A stretch of 63,976 nt of DNA, filler included, from Thelocarpon superellum (taxonomy: Eukaryota): the NCBI GenBank assembly GCA_026025795.1. It is 3 parts of 3 records of this genome, joined end to end, with 100 filler letters (N's around TTAATTAATTAA, not from the genome) between each part and the next. Parts side by side here need not be neighbours in the genome. Positions count along the whole stretch, not along the records: positions 1 to 22,333 come from JAPEUG010000299.1; positions 22,434 to 44,697 come from JAPEUG010000300.1; 1 more part is not named here. One strand, given 5' to 3'. The position numbers and the translations under genes were made by a program. Every line of letters begins with the position of its first letter. Position 1 is the stretch's first letter. Under the pieces are notes generated by a model that was not told where the DNA came from, searched no databases, and saw only the letters and a program-made list of their open reading frames with translations. This document shows, piece by piece, positions 14,514 through 27,343 of this stretch.

Positions 14514-15050
14514 ATGACAGAGAGCCACCTGAGCAATGATGAGGCAAGACGTATTCTCCTTCACGAAGCTGCCTCACATCCCACTAAGTCGCTGTCTAGT
14601 TCTTCGTTCGACTGACGGAGCTGTTCGAGACGAGGCGGAAGAAAGACCATGGGTCGGTATTTCTGACTCAAAAACGACGTACGTATCCAGGATGCTGTGT
14701 GCCTATCTTGGAAGTCTTCGATCCTCATGTGCGCGCCACCAACAGTCACGCACGGAAGGTCCATGTCCTCACCAACCTCGCCTTCATCACTGCCTACGAG
14801 CACGGAGCCGGCGGCCGACCTACGTCCAGCACAGCCCTTTCCATTGCTCATCCGTGCCACGGACGGCAAGTCAAAAGCTCACCGCGCCGACAAGATCAAG
14901 CTCTCCACGGTCGTCAATGCCGAGAGGCTCGAGGCTTTCTACGTCCGGTATGCCGAGGTGTGCCGCGTGGGGATGCAGGCGCTGAAGAAGCGAGATCGGA
15001 GTGGACGAAAGAAGGCCAAAACGAAGAAGAGGAAGGCCGGGGCTACATAG
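14514..15050 (+). CDS. SRP14: Signal recognition particle 14 kDa subunit
   Basis: Spliced product MTESHLSNDE|FFVRLTELFETRRKKDHGSVFLTQKR|L...LLIRATDGK...KLSTVV...GMQALKKRDR; introns 14544-14599 (GC-AG) and 14679-14745. Confidence 0.92.
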
Positions 15051-15389
15051 AATAGAAGGGACCTGGGTAGGCAGTGGAATGCATCATGGTGCAGGTGCAG
15101 GTGCAGGTGCAGGTGCAGGTACAGGTACAAGGAGTCGTAGGGGTTGGGCGACCTATCAGTCACAGCGACGCGATGAGTCGTCTCATGGCCAAGGGATAGG
15201 CATTTCCTGCTTCCTTCCACCATGTGATAGGCGCCACTAATTTTGGGGGTGTACAAGATCTTGACGCACAGGACAGAATGAGAGAGATGAGAGAGAGAGG
15301 AGACGACGGCAATCTAGACACCCGGGAACGTGAAAGGAGGTCGCAGATGAGACAGAGCCACCGGTGCGCTACAAGGGCAGATCCTGCGC

Positions 15390-17413
15390 CTACATGATCT
15401 GATCTTGCGTGAGCGTAGACATGGGATCCGTGCCTTCCATGGCGTCGCCATTGCCTGGCGCCGAATATTTGACAAACGTCAGGCCCAAAGGCCGGCCGCC
15501 ATATTGATAGCCGGAGAACTTGGCTGTGGCCTCGTCAGCGTTGCCGGGACCATGGTGAGAAGCTGGGCAAGAGAACGAGGGGAGAGGAAAGCGAGGGCCG
15601 ACGTACAGATGGCCGTCTCGGCGTTGTCCGCCGTGTCAAATTGGACGACCCCAGTGCCACGCGAGCGACCGTTGGGTTCGTATTGGATCTCGGCCCGCTC
15701 GACCTTGCCAATGGTGGTGAAGAGCTCGACGAGATCCTCATTGCTGGTGGACCAGGGCAACTGTGCAGGGGCAGGTCAGTCATCAGCCTGGGAGTGGTGG
15801 ACTTGTTGGTCAGTACGTACGTTACGAACGAAGATGATCTCGCTGCGATCCGTCCCTACAGTGGCGAAGTCCGTGAACGGATTGGGCGGAGCGGCGGTCA
15901 CCGTTGCACCGGCGTCGTAGCCAGCGGCCCCAGCGACCCCGTAGCCACCGCCGTAGGTGCCGCCGCCGCCGACGCCGCCGCCGCCGCGGCCGAATCCGCC
16001 ACCACCACCGTACCCACCGCGACCGGCAAAGCCACCGCGCCCGCCGAATCCGCCACCACGTCCACCAAAGCCTCCGCGACCGCCGAAGCCGCCGGCGAGG
16101 CCAGGACCCGCGCCAGCATAGCGGTCTTCACGCACCTCAATGGGACGGCCCTGCCAATCGTAGCCGTTGAACTGTGCGATAGCATTGCGCGCGTCCTCAG
16201 CGTTGTCGAAGACGACTATGCCCGAGCCTTTCGGCCGACCGTCGGGACCCGCGTGGACGTCGGCACGAACCACGGTGCCGTTCTGGGCTGCATTGGACGC
16301 GTCAGTTCGCGGTTCCCACGACCTCGGACGCGTTCGGCCCAACGATCGGCAGGAGAGGGGGAGCGTGACATACCGGCTTGGCGAAAGAGATCCTTGAGGT
16401 CTTGCCATCCGACTGTGTAGGGCAGCTGGGGAAAGAGTCAGCCGAAAAAGTCCGTGTCAGTAGGCGCGCACTCGGAGAAGGACACAAACGTTGGCCACGT
16501 AGATCTGTCGACCCGCGCCGGCCGCGCCGGCCGCCGCTCCCCCGCCAACCCCTCCAAAGGTCCCACCGAAGCCACCGCGGGATGCACCGGCGTCGAAGCC
16601 GCCTCGTCCTCCGGCCGGAGGACCGGTAAAGCGGGGCTCGGCCTCACGATCCTGATGGGCTCGCGTCAGTCACGGCAGCGCACGCACACGGTCGGGCCAA
16701 CTCTTCCAGCGCCCGGTCGCCGGTCGCCGGTCGCCACTCACCTCGCGCACGTAGACCAGTCGACCCATCAGGTTTTGATTGCTGAGCGTGTTGACCGCCT
16801 GTTGGGCTTGTTCCCTCGTTGCGTATTCCACAATCCTACGCCACCGGTCAAGGGTCAGCGGACAGCGGACAGCGGACAGCGGGCGAGCACGTCGCGGAAG
16901 GATAAAGTGAGAGAACGGGGGAGAAGGACAGAGGGGAAGAGGAGAGGAGAGGAAGAGGGCTCGAGCACGTACCCGCATCCCTACAGCACCCACGGACGAC
17001 CAGTCCCAACCCGTCAATCCATCATCCTTCAAATAGCCACGGACCAAAAAGACCAGCCACATCTACACATTGGCGCCCACCTTCGACATTCCATTGGGAA
17101 GTAACAAGACATCTGCGAAGAGGACCTCGCCGGCTGGCACGGGTCAGTTCACTCGTCGGGACGCGTGACGCGGCACGCGGACCTTCCTCCCGGGCTCACC
17201 TTGTCTCATGAAATCTTTGAGGTGATGCCACTTCACGTCGTACGAGAGGTTGCCAACGTAGACGCGGCGGTCTTGCTGCGAGGAGTCGCGCAGGCTCGCC
17301 ATCATCTGCTCCTTGGCCGCGGCACGATCCTCAAAGTTGCGCCCACTGGCACTGCCGCCGCCGCCGCCGCGGGAACCCGAATAGCCTCCTTGACTGGCCG
17401 CGGCGCCACTCAT
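15390..17413 (-). CDS. GBP2: Three-RRM, RGG-rich RNA-binding protein (Gbp2/Hrb1-like)
   Basis: RRVYVGNLSYDVKWHHLKDFMRQ, KGCGIVEY, LPYTVGWQDLKDLFR, LPWSTSNEDL and RGG linkers. Nine exons: 17413-17200, 17133-17081, 16980-16973, 16835-16742, 16651-16490, 16425-16374, 16287-15821, 15760-15607, 15523-15390. Confidence 0.9.
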
Positions 17414-19689
17414 GGGCGATCGTGATCGTCGATCCGTTCGCCGATAGTCGTCGCGGCTGCGAGAGCGACTCCGGGGCGAATACGACCGGCGACGACGCGG
17501 GCTGCGAGATCGACGCCGAGGGGAGCGCGACCGCTCTCGCTATTCCACGAACGAGGTCAGGCTGTGGTCCATCCAGCACACGCGCGATTCCACCACCACG
17601 GAGCACGGGATGGAGGGGAAGGAGGAATGAGCGGCGAGAGTCAAGAAGTCAAGAGACCAAGGACCAAGCACGAGACAAAGATCCGAGCGTGGTAGGGCTG
17701 AAGGATGGTCACAGAAGAAGGGGTTAAGGCGATGCACCATCAGCACGCCGCGTGTCAGTCACTGCTGCGGGCCACCACGGGTTGGCCTTTAGGCGACGGC
17801 AAGCGATGAAGCTTTGTGTCGCCTGGCCGGCAGCAGAGCACGGGTGAAAAAGCGCGGGCGCGGGACAGTGACGAGCGAAGAGCGAAGAGCGAAGAGCGAC
17901 GTGGCCAGAGCCCAGATACGAAGAAAGCATGCAACCAACTTACTTGCGGGCGATAGATGTCGGCGGTATCTAGAAGAGAATGGTGAGCAGCTACGGAGCA
18001 GACGCGGCCCCAGCAATCGCACGAGCGAGCAAGGGCAAGGCGGGGCTCAAAAGGGAAGAACGGCGGCGGGACGGCTAGCTAGCAGAGGGGAGGGTTACGC
18101 ACCCATGGTTTATAGCTCGGCGGATGCTACTGACTAAGAGCCCTGGGCAGCGTGAGGGAGGCTCGAGTAAATGGGAGGAGCAGCAGCAGCAGTAGCAGCA
18201 GCTGGGACAGCTGGGACAGCCGCCGCAACCAACGATGAAAAGCCGCTCTGGTCTGGCGGGAGCAGGGGGGCCGATGGTGCGAGTCGGGGGCGAATGTCGA
18301 CTGGTTCCCTCGAGGGCGCCGACGCGGACGGTGGATGGCGGACGAAGGGAGCAAGGGCCAGTCAGCGTCCAGGATGCGGCCAGGAAGTACGGCGGTCAGG
18401 CGTAGCCGGGGGTGCGTGTGGGTGGGAGGGGAGGGTGGGTGTCTGGTACGTGGTGGAGGGAAGAGAGCGCAACGAATCGGTCCGGGTGCGTCAACAGCCT
18501 TCCCACCAGTCCAACGGGCCTGGCCGCAGCGTCCCCTTGGCTGCCTGGGTTGCCTGATTCTCTCGCGTGCAGAATGATGTCGACGAGCGTTTCACAGTAA
18601 TAATGGACCTGAGCGCAGTGGTCAGCGTGGACACGGGCCCGTGGAAGTGCCCCGGCCACCCAGCCAGCAACGACCTCGGCGACGGCGCCACCGCTCCGGG
18701 CCCGATCTCGGCGCATACAGGTGGGCGCTCGCTCGCCTTCGCTAAGGCCCGGCGCGCACACTCGCCCGCGGGCTAAGAGGGATGTGCGGAGGGATGGGGG
18801 TGGGGAGGAGCCGAGAGGGTCGAGGACGGGGAGGGGACTCGAGACTCACGGGATCACGCGCCGACGCTGAGTGGTCCCCACGCACGCGGATGGCGCTCGG
18901 ATCCGGGAGGGGGGAAATCACACGACGGATGCCCGTTGATGCTACGCGGCCGCCGCGAGAACTCTGGATCTACGTAGGACCCGCCGGGGCGCAGAGCCGT
19001 GGGACACCGGGAGTAGTGATGCGGCAGATGAGGATGGTGGGCAGGGTGAAGCCCGGTGGGCACTTGCGATGGGGATGGAAAAGCTCGGTGGGTTTTGATC
19101 AAGGCACGGGCGACCCTGTCGAACCGGGTGACCTGGGCAGACACGATGAGGGCGACGGGCACGCGCGGACACATTCACAGACGGCCGGCGGGGTCGGCGG
19201 CAGAATCAACTTCTTGCCAGTCCTTGCAATCTTTTTCCAGAGCTGGGAGCAGAGCCGGCGGACGACAGACAGACGAGCGTCGTCGGCACTGCAGTTGCTG
19301 CAACGAACTTTCCTGTGGCGCGATGGTAGGCGTCGTCCCATAGGGCACGGCGCCGATCGGTTGAGTTTGGCCCTACCCGCTCTCGGCTTGGCCTACCGGC
19401 AACGGGCTGCAACGTCGGTCGTTGGCCTTGGCGAGGCCTTGTTTGGGCCTGAGGGGCATACGAGTAGGCGTGCTCACGCCGTTGGGTCGCCAGGAGCTAG
19501 CATCGCTACGGGAGAAGCTCGACGAGGGATACCTGGAGCTGCCCGCACCACGCTGCTGCACGGTGCAGCACGATTCAGCGCCAGCGCTGCAGGGTAGGAG
19601 GATCCACCCAGCTGCCGAGCTCAACAGAGGCGCCTCTGCGCGCCTCGGTCGACGACTTACACCTCCGTCGGCACCCCACATCCACATCT

Positions 19690-19798
19690 CCATTCCATCC
19701 TATCCCATCCCTCATCCCCCATCCCCCATCCCCCTTCCCCATCCCCTTCCCCATCCCCTTCCCCATCCCCCTTCCCCATACCCCTTCCCCATCTTCCC
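19690..19798 (-). repeat. C-tract-rich degenerate repeat (CCCCAT/CCCCTT); G-quadruplex potential on the minus strand
   Basis: More than 12 runs of C3-C5 separated by 2-4 nt. Confidence 0.75.
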
Positions 19799-21498
19799 AG
19801 AGGGCCTCGCCCGGACCTAGCGATCGCTCGAGCAGCCAGTCCCCGGTCGACATGCCTTGGGTGGAGTCTACGGCGATGCTAGAAGCGATCCATTCGTGGA
19901 CATGTTGGGTCGGGTCGTCGGTCTCCACTGGACTGCCTTGGGTCGGCCTCAACTATGCAGGATGGGTGGTGTCCATCCCGTCGCTGCTGATGTCAGAGTG
20001 GGTCAACACCATGACTAGTGGCGGTTGTTCCCTTGGAGAGGATATCAATTGCGCGGTCCCGTATTCATGCCGGGCTCACATACCAAGCGTGTCCTTGCTG
20101 TCCTCAGCCTGAAGCGCCGGCATGGTGGTCCTTGTCTGGTCCGGTCCACCGCTCTCCGTACCGTGTCAGGAACCACGTTCATCCATGCTCATTGACGGGG
20201 CCAGTGTGGCCTGACGTGCATGCTGCCGTCCGTAGATGGACACCGGTCAGGCCGGAGGTCGGACCCGACGGCTTGTTGCTCGTTGCACAAGTGTCGGCTG
20301 CCCTCGTTTGATGGAGGAGATTCCGTTCAGCAAATCAGATTCTTGGGGGCTTGATTCGTCTAAGCCAGGCCAATTCCCACCCAGTATGCCGTGGTGCGTG
20401 CTCTGCAGGACCGGTGGGGCCAGCGCTTACTAGAGTGCTTCCTCAGCTGCGGGGAGGCGAGCTTGCTCAACCACCAACTATGTTACTCGTACCCACTACG
20501 GAGAATGCCATGGTAATCCCAGCTTGCTTCCCGTTGGATGATGCGACGAGGCCAGGTCCGAACTACGCGTATCCTCCGCAGTCCGAACAGGATGGCAATT
20601 CAGCGCCCGGCGGGCAGGGGACGGGCGCCGCGGACGTGGCGACAGCCTCTGACCTCCCACCCACCGCCGGCGCCTGACCGCCCATGGCGCAGTCACCCGC
20701 GTCGAAGCGACCCTCGTGTACAAATATGCGCGGAGATCGAAAGGCGACGGACAATGCAGCTCGGCATGACGCACATGGATGTCTCGCACAGTCTGGAGCG
20801 TCGTCACCGTGGCCACGACAATGCGGACCGCATGGCGCAAGCTCGGCGCGGCTTATCGAGTCGGTTTAGTCTGGACTCGCGGTCCAACTCTTGCTCTGCA
20901 TCCACGCCAACGGCCCACTCGGGCCGGCGATCGACTATGGGGAAATGGATTGCGCAGGAAGCCCGCGTCGGCATGCCGATGGTGAGGGTCAAAGGATCCC
21001 CGCGCCCGATGCCGACCCAATGGCATGACCAATGGCTTTTACCAATGCCCAGCCGCGATCGACAGCCTCGTTCCCCCCTACCTTCGAGGGGAAGCTCTAT
21101 CGGCCGTTCAAGGCAGCCTTGGTCGTCGGCAGCGGGACGTGCAGCCGGACTTGTGCAGGCAAGCATGGGGTCAGCTGGCGTTTGCCGGGTGCCGGGTAGT
21201 GGGACCGACCTTCCAACCGCAAGCTACCGCTCTAGGCGGTGAGGCGAGAGGCGAGAGGTGAGAGGCGAGAGACGAGAGGCGACGGGGCAGAGGGCCGGAT
21301 GACAAAGGGCACGCAGCACTGAGTCAGCCGCGGCTCTGCCAAAGCCAATTCACGGGAGGGAGGAAGGAGGATGCGCCAGCAGCGTGACGTTATGGGTAGC
21401 ACCACATCTCGAGCCGCAGTCGTCTCAATTTGTTTGTGCCGAACCGCTAGAATTTAATTGGGGCCGCTCCATCGGATGATGTCTCTACGCCCTTCAAG

Positions 21499-22333
21499 AT
21501 GAGCGTCAAGGTATCACGCCTGGCCCCGCGGCTGCGGCATCCACGGCGACTGTCCCCTCACGCCTACCACCAATGGCGTCGATTGTACCATTCCGACGAG
21601 CATGACGCCCCTCCCCCCTTCAATGCAAGCGAAGAAGCCATCTTGTCTGCCTCCATGAGCCATGTGCCCTCGCACGGCTTCAGCACCACGGCGCTCACGC
21701 TCGGCGCCCAGGATGCCGGGTACCGCGCCGTGTCGGTCAATCTCTTTCCCCGCGGCGCCTTTGATCTCATCCACTATCACCTCGTGACGCAACGGCTCTC
21801 GCTACGAGACCGCGTGCAGTTCGCCTCGACCCTTGATGGCGAGGCTGGCGGCAACTCGGGCTCTCCGGAGCTTGGTCGTGGGGTTGGCGCCAAAATCCGA
21901 GCGCTTGCGTTGGCCCGATTGATGGCCAACTCGCCAACGATTCACCGCTGGCAGGAGGTGTGCCACCCTTTCCTCCCTCTCCCCATGTCATCTTCGTAAC
22001 CCCCCCCCCCTTCCAGACCCACATGCACATGCATGCCTACGTCCAGCCTCATCCACCCACCATCGACAGCAAGGACACTAACGACTCTATCATGAAACAG
22101 GCACTAGCAATCATGGCGCAACCATCACACATCAGCAGCTCGATGGCCGAGCTGGCACGTCTATCAGACGAGATGTGGTTTCTCGCGGGCGACGTCGGCG
22201 TCGACGGCAGCTGGTACACGAAGCGGGCGAGCCTCGCGGCGGTGTATAGCAGCGCGGAGCTGTTCATGACGCAGGACGCGTCGGCTGACTTCGTCGACAC
22301 CCGCGCCTTTCTCGATCGCAGACTCTCAGACGT
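21499..22333 (+). CDS. COQ9: Ubiquinone biosynthesis protein Coq9 (3' end cut by the contig end)
   Basis: HVPSHGFS, LFPRGAFDLIHYHLVTQRL and LSDEMWFLAGDVGVDGSWYTKRASL; intron 21958-22100. Confidence 0.92.
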
Positions 22334-22433
22334 NNNNNNNNNNNNNNNNNNNNNNNNNNNNNNNNNNNNNNNNNNNNTTAATTAATTAANNNNNNNNNNN
22401 NNNNNNNNNNNNNNNNNNNNNNNNNNNNNNNNN
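22334..22433. other. Artificial contig-joining spacer (44N + TTAATTAATTAA + 44N)
   Basis: The 12-mer gives stops in all six frames and is centred in an exact 100-bp N block; an identical spacer recurs at 44698. Confidence 0.95.
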
Positions 22434-25345
22434 GGATTGTCCACCATCGCTCGGCTTTCCCGTTTGGGCCGCGTCATGTTGCGCTCCCGGACTTCTCCTG
22501 TACTTCCTAGCTTCATCATGGCGTCGTGCTCTGCCTCGCGGCGTGTGGCGGAGACGGATACGAATGGGTCTTAATGGAGAATGTTGAATCTCGTTCTGAC
22601 CGCAGGCGGGTTGGACTTCCGATGCCTCGATATCGATCAATCGTGAGCACCCTGGCCAGAGCGATGTAGAGCGAGGGTGAAAGATCAAGTGGGCTTGCGA
22701 GACTCTCCTCACTGACGCACCTATGCGGAATTCGGAGGTGCAGATGCCACTAGCGTTACCATCGCCGTCGGAAAACACAGGCTGGCTGGAGAGCCATGGT
22801 CGAGCTCCACCACCGACGACTATTTGAAAATCCCACGCCGGGGCGATGGACGTGATAGCTCTGGACCGGGAGGTCGGGACCTCGTGTCCCCCCACATGGA
22901 CGTAGTATGATGCTGCTGCCCGGACTGATGCCGTGAGACCCTTGCTCCAAGCGGCCCCAGACGGGAGGGATGCAGCGGGACGAGGGAGCGGAGAGGACCG
23001 CCATGGGCACCCACCCGCGCATCCGCCACGATGCGCTCGGAGAAATAATCTCACCCGCAATCGCGAACGGTCGCTTGGGTGCCGTGGCCCGCTGGCCGAG
23101 CCATAGTTTCATGCTAGAGGCCCGCTTCCGAAGGACCGTGCCCTCTTAGATGCTAATCGTACTAGCCACTTGGTAGTCTGGCATGGTAGGTTGAAGGCAC
23201 GATGGCCAAGGGTATGTTCGCCGAGGATAGTGTGTTGAACCAATACACTTTGATAATTGACTAGGCCCTTCTTCCTAGTCAGTGGGCTAGCACGCGGACT
23301 TCCGAGGCCGAAATGGCGGCCGCGGCCGTGTCCGCCCTCGTTCTGGTCATACACCTCATCACACCAGTACCGATCGCCAGGCCGTGTATGGGTGATGGTC
23401 CGAGTATGCCGCTTATGCGTGAGCTATTCCGCCGTTATCTGAGACGGTGGGTCTCCAATACCCGCCATGGGCTGGGCAAAGGGCAGGGAGAGCAAGCCGA
23501 AAGGTTTTGATTGGAGCATCAATGCTCTTGGGGGACGCGTGCGAAGCATGCCACAACCTTCTGCCGCAGTGTCGGATGGCCACATCCGTAAAATGTCAAA
23601 GATGGCAGTACGTCTGTCATGTATCTGCCATGATACGTGGCGATGAGCGCTGCAAGGGACCGCAATGACCCGCTCGCGTCGAAAAGAGCGTGGGGTGGTC
23701 AAGACCGATGCGTCTCCTGGAATTACTCGCCTTCCCAAGGACTGCGGGCTCGTCGAGGCTCTGCTGCCGGCAGGAGCCGATCCTTCCTCAAATGGGACTA
23801 GCTAATCATAGAGGCGGTCGTGGTTGAGTTCCCAGTACCCGTACTTATGCAATAGGTACTAAGTTTGCATAATTCCGGCCACATATTAGGCCATCCAGGA
23901 CCGCCTACCGGCAAGCTAGCGATAGGTGGTTCTCAGTGCTCACAACCTAAGCGTGCCGGCGTGCCGGCGTGCCGGCCAGTCGGTCCACCACGCGTGATGG
24001 TGAACGATTCCGGCGACCGGGACGCCCATCCGCTCCAGCATCTTGGCATGCTACTGCCGGTCTTCCGAGGGCTCACCACGGCTAGGTGCTTCCAGTACCT
24101 TTCGCTTTCTTTAGCTGGGCTTCTCGACCAGGATCCCTCGTCATCTCTATCTCACTAACCTCCTCGCCTAACGAAGCGTACCCGTACCCGGCCACTCGAG
24201 GACCTGGACGAGTGCGGAGTATTGGGAAAGGTACGAGTAATTGATGCAGACGGACCATGACCGAACCACTGCCCCACTGTCCGTGCACTACTCTTACAGT
24301 GCAGGGTGCAAGGAACAAGGAACAGGACACTCGTACACGGGAGAGGCCAGGTCTACCGCAACCACCGTTCTCCTGCCAAGGGTCGAAGTCGTGGTGGTCG
24401 GACACTTCTCCTAGTCTTCTTTACATTGCGTACGGAGATGAGTCAAGTAGCGTTGGCCATCGTTCATAAACTCCCCCTAGTCATGCTTGGCACTAGATAC
24501 TCTGCGTGGTGGGTCCTCAGAACACTGCTCGTGCTAACGATGTAGCTCAGGCAAGCTACAAGGACGCACAAAGTTGCCTGCATGGGTGTGTAAGTGGCTT
24601 GGATGCACGGCCGGCCACAAGCCCATCAAGCCATTTCCGCGCGGGAACACGGCTCGGGCTCGGGTCCGCCCCTTAGGCGTCCGCGTTAGCCTTCGTGGAT
24701 TACTCGATCGTTACTGCCTACATTGTCCGTCTGTTTCATTCGATTCAAAAATGCCCGAGGTCCTGGTCCGGCATCCACACCGTTCCTCCCCCCACACAGG
24801 TCCCGTATTCGTCTCCACCACCAGCCTCTGTCCGTCATCGGTGTGGCGTCGATTCCATGTGTGCCTGCTATCCTCTCGTCGGCTACATTTCCCTCACGAT
24901 GCCGCGGGCTGGCGCAAGGTCACGGCGCTGCCACGACGGAGGCGGACGTGCTGGTAGCCGGAGCGGAGGAAAGCCAAAGCACCACGGGATCACCACGCAG
25001 TCCTCACGCCATCCTAGTCTCCGGCTTAGTTCGACGGCTCCCCTGGTGTCCACCTTCCAGGTGCCCCGGCCGCTCCGACAGATCGGGCGAGGAGTCTGTC
25101 TCCACAGGTCCCGTCGCGGACCCTATCAGCACGGCAGACTCCAGCGTCGCGGGCAAGCGTGCAGGACGTGCCCCGGCTATCTTGACCCAGCCCTGGGGCC
25201 ACGTCCGCCGCAGATAGGGTGTCGTTGATGGCCGACGTATCGGGCACTTCTTGACCTCCTTCGACCGACCTCACCTCCTGCCTCTCCTCCTCACATCCTT
25301 TGAGGTTGGTCAGTCGTGGGGAGCGCGAACGAGAGCTCCGTCGCC

Positions 25346-26703
25346 ATGTCCAACTATTCGCCGCCAGAGAGCAATGTGACGGGGTCGAATCCGTCGCCGC
25401 CATACGGCGTCATCACGGATGATGACCACGGACCATATGTCGCTATCGCGGCGTATATCGCCATGTCTTTCATGGTGGTCATTGTCATCTCCCGTGGGCT
25501 GACGCTGCTCATGACCAACCGACCTCTCGTCCATCACGACTTCTTGGCCCCTTTGATGACGGTGAGCGCAGACGATCCTCCGGGCCTATCGCCATGTCTC
25601 ATGCCGGGGCTCTTCCGCGTTCTAGATATTTGCCATCGCACAAACCATCGTCGTCCATCAGGCCGTCTTACATGGTCTTGGGCAGCGACGTGCCAACCTC
25701 TCGGCGAGTGATTTCGAGGCCTACAGCAAGGCAAGTTGGCTAGATGGCGTGCAACACGGAGCAGGGTGCTAACGTGATGGATGGCTGTGCTTTAGAACAA
25801 CTATACGAGCCAGATCATGTACACGATCGTCATCGTCATGGCCAAGATGTCTCTTCTGCTCTTCGTGGCGCGTTTGACCCCATCTGCGGCGACGCTACGG
25901 CAATGTCGCATGGTCATGGCCGTCATCTGCTTGTGGGGAGCAGCGGCCGTCTTTGCTCTGGCCTTCCAATGCAAGCTACCGACTCCGTGGGACTTTGAGC
26001 CTGGTCGATGCATAGACCAGGTACGTGTGCTCTTGCTCGCATACGAGCCTGGCCGACGCAAGCTCAACTCCTCTCAGGCCGGTCTCTACTATGCGAATGG
26101 CGCTATTAGTATCCTCACCGATGCTTTCATCATTGTTTTGCCCATCACCATCGTCTGGAGCCTCCGCATCAACAATCAGGAGCGATCCGTCATCATTTTC
26201 ATGTTTGCGATGCGCGCCTTGTAAGTGCTCATGAATGAGGGGGGCCGTGCTTACCGGCACCGCTGACCCTCCTCTCTTCTAGCGTGATCGTGACCAGTAT
26301 CGTGCGGCTCGCATACCTCTCTTCATATCTGAGCAGCTCCGATCAGACCTTTGACAACGTCAACTTCAGCATCTGCACGCAGATCGACATGAATCTGAGC
26401 ATCGTGACGGCCTGTCTCCCACTGCTGAAGCCTTTCCTGGACAAGATCCCATCAGGCGTCATGGACATCCGGCATGCCTTCCTCGTCGGCAACAGTGAAG
26501 TCTACTATTCCGATCCGAACAATAGCCGCACGGCGCAGCTCGGCGCCCACTCCAAGGTCCGGAACGAGAACTTCGCCATGGCCGACATCGCCAAGCGCCA
26601 CGACAGTGACACGGCCTTGACGGAAGAGGGCATTCGGCAGACGACGGAGCTGCGAGTGGAGTTCATGGAGGGCGCGCCGAGCGACAAGACAGGGTCGACC
26701 TGA
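25346..26703 (+). CDS. PTH11-like (fungal rhodopsin-domain) integral membrane protein
   Basis: About 7 TM segments with family motifs HGLG, AKMSLLLF, QCKLPTPWD, LTDAFIIVLP, SIVRL and SIVTACLPLLKPF; introns 25562-25625, 25731-25795 (GC-AG), 26021-26077, 26221-26282. Confidence 0.88.
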
Positions 26704-26796
26704 GCAGGGTCGAGTGCCTCACCTGTCATGGTCAGTGCTTTGAGGTCATTCGGCGCACAAGAAGTGCGCTGAGGAGACTCGTGTAATTACCTTACT

Positions 26797-26824
26797 CCCT
26801 TCCTTCCTTCCTTCCTTCCTTCCT
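26797..26824 (+). repeat. (TTCC)n microsatellite
   Basis: About 7 tandem TTCC units downstream of the PTH11-like stop. Confidence 0.85.
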
Positions 26825-27343
26825 TCTCCCCTTCTCTTCTTTCCTCTGAATGTTGGCCTGAATGTGCAGCGTGTCTTGGTCTTGGGCCAGTCGGGGACGG
26901 AATCGGCAGGGCGGGGTGGGGAGTCGGACCGGTTTCACGAATGGCTTGGATGGCTCCGGGGGGGCGGAGGCAAGGGGTGACGGTACTATATACTGGATGC
27001 GGGAGGCAGGATCCTCAGGGCCGGTGAAGCTTGGAGACTTGGAATGAAAAAAGATTGGTCGGTCGTTCGCTGACCACTGGTGACGAAAGTCCAGGTGCTG
27101 TTTTCTTCCTGTTCCTATATCTATTCCTATTCATCAGTCTCTTTCTCTTTTCCCTCAGTAGCTGCGACTGATCCCAATGCCATGTATCCGACTTTTGTAA
27201 CAACGCTTTGTCACGGATGACAAGTTCGCCAACGCTCGTACCACAGAGAGCGTGGTATTGGCCATCAGACAGGGAAACAATTCGCACACGCAGGCTTTGC
27301 ATACTACGAGTATAGTATGGCCGATAGGGGCCAGATCGCTGTC

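Noticed and set aside
18782..19597. 271-aa and neighbouring ORFs in the GBP2-COQ9 spacer
   Set aside because: Arg/Gly/Pro-rich translation typical of non-coding GC-rich DNA, with no motifs.
22378..22389. TTAATTAATTAA palindrome inside N runs (also 44742-44753)
   Set aside because: Identical, centred in exact 100-bp N blocks, with stops in all frames: an assembly linker, not a piggyBac TTAA site or other biological motif.
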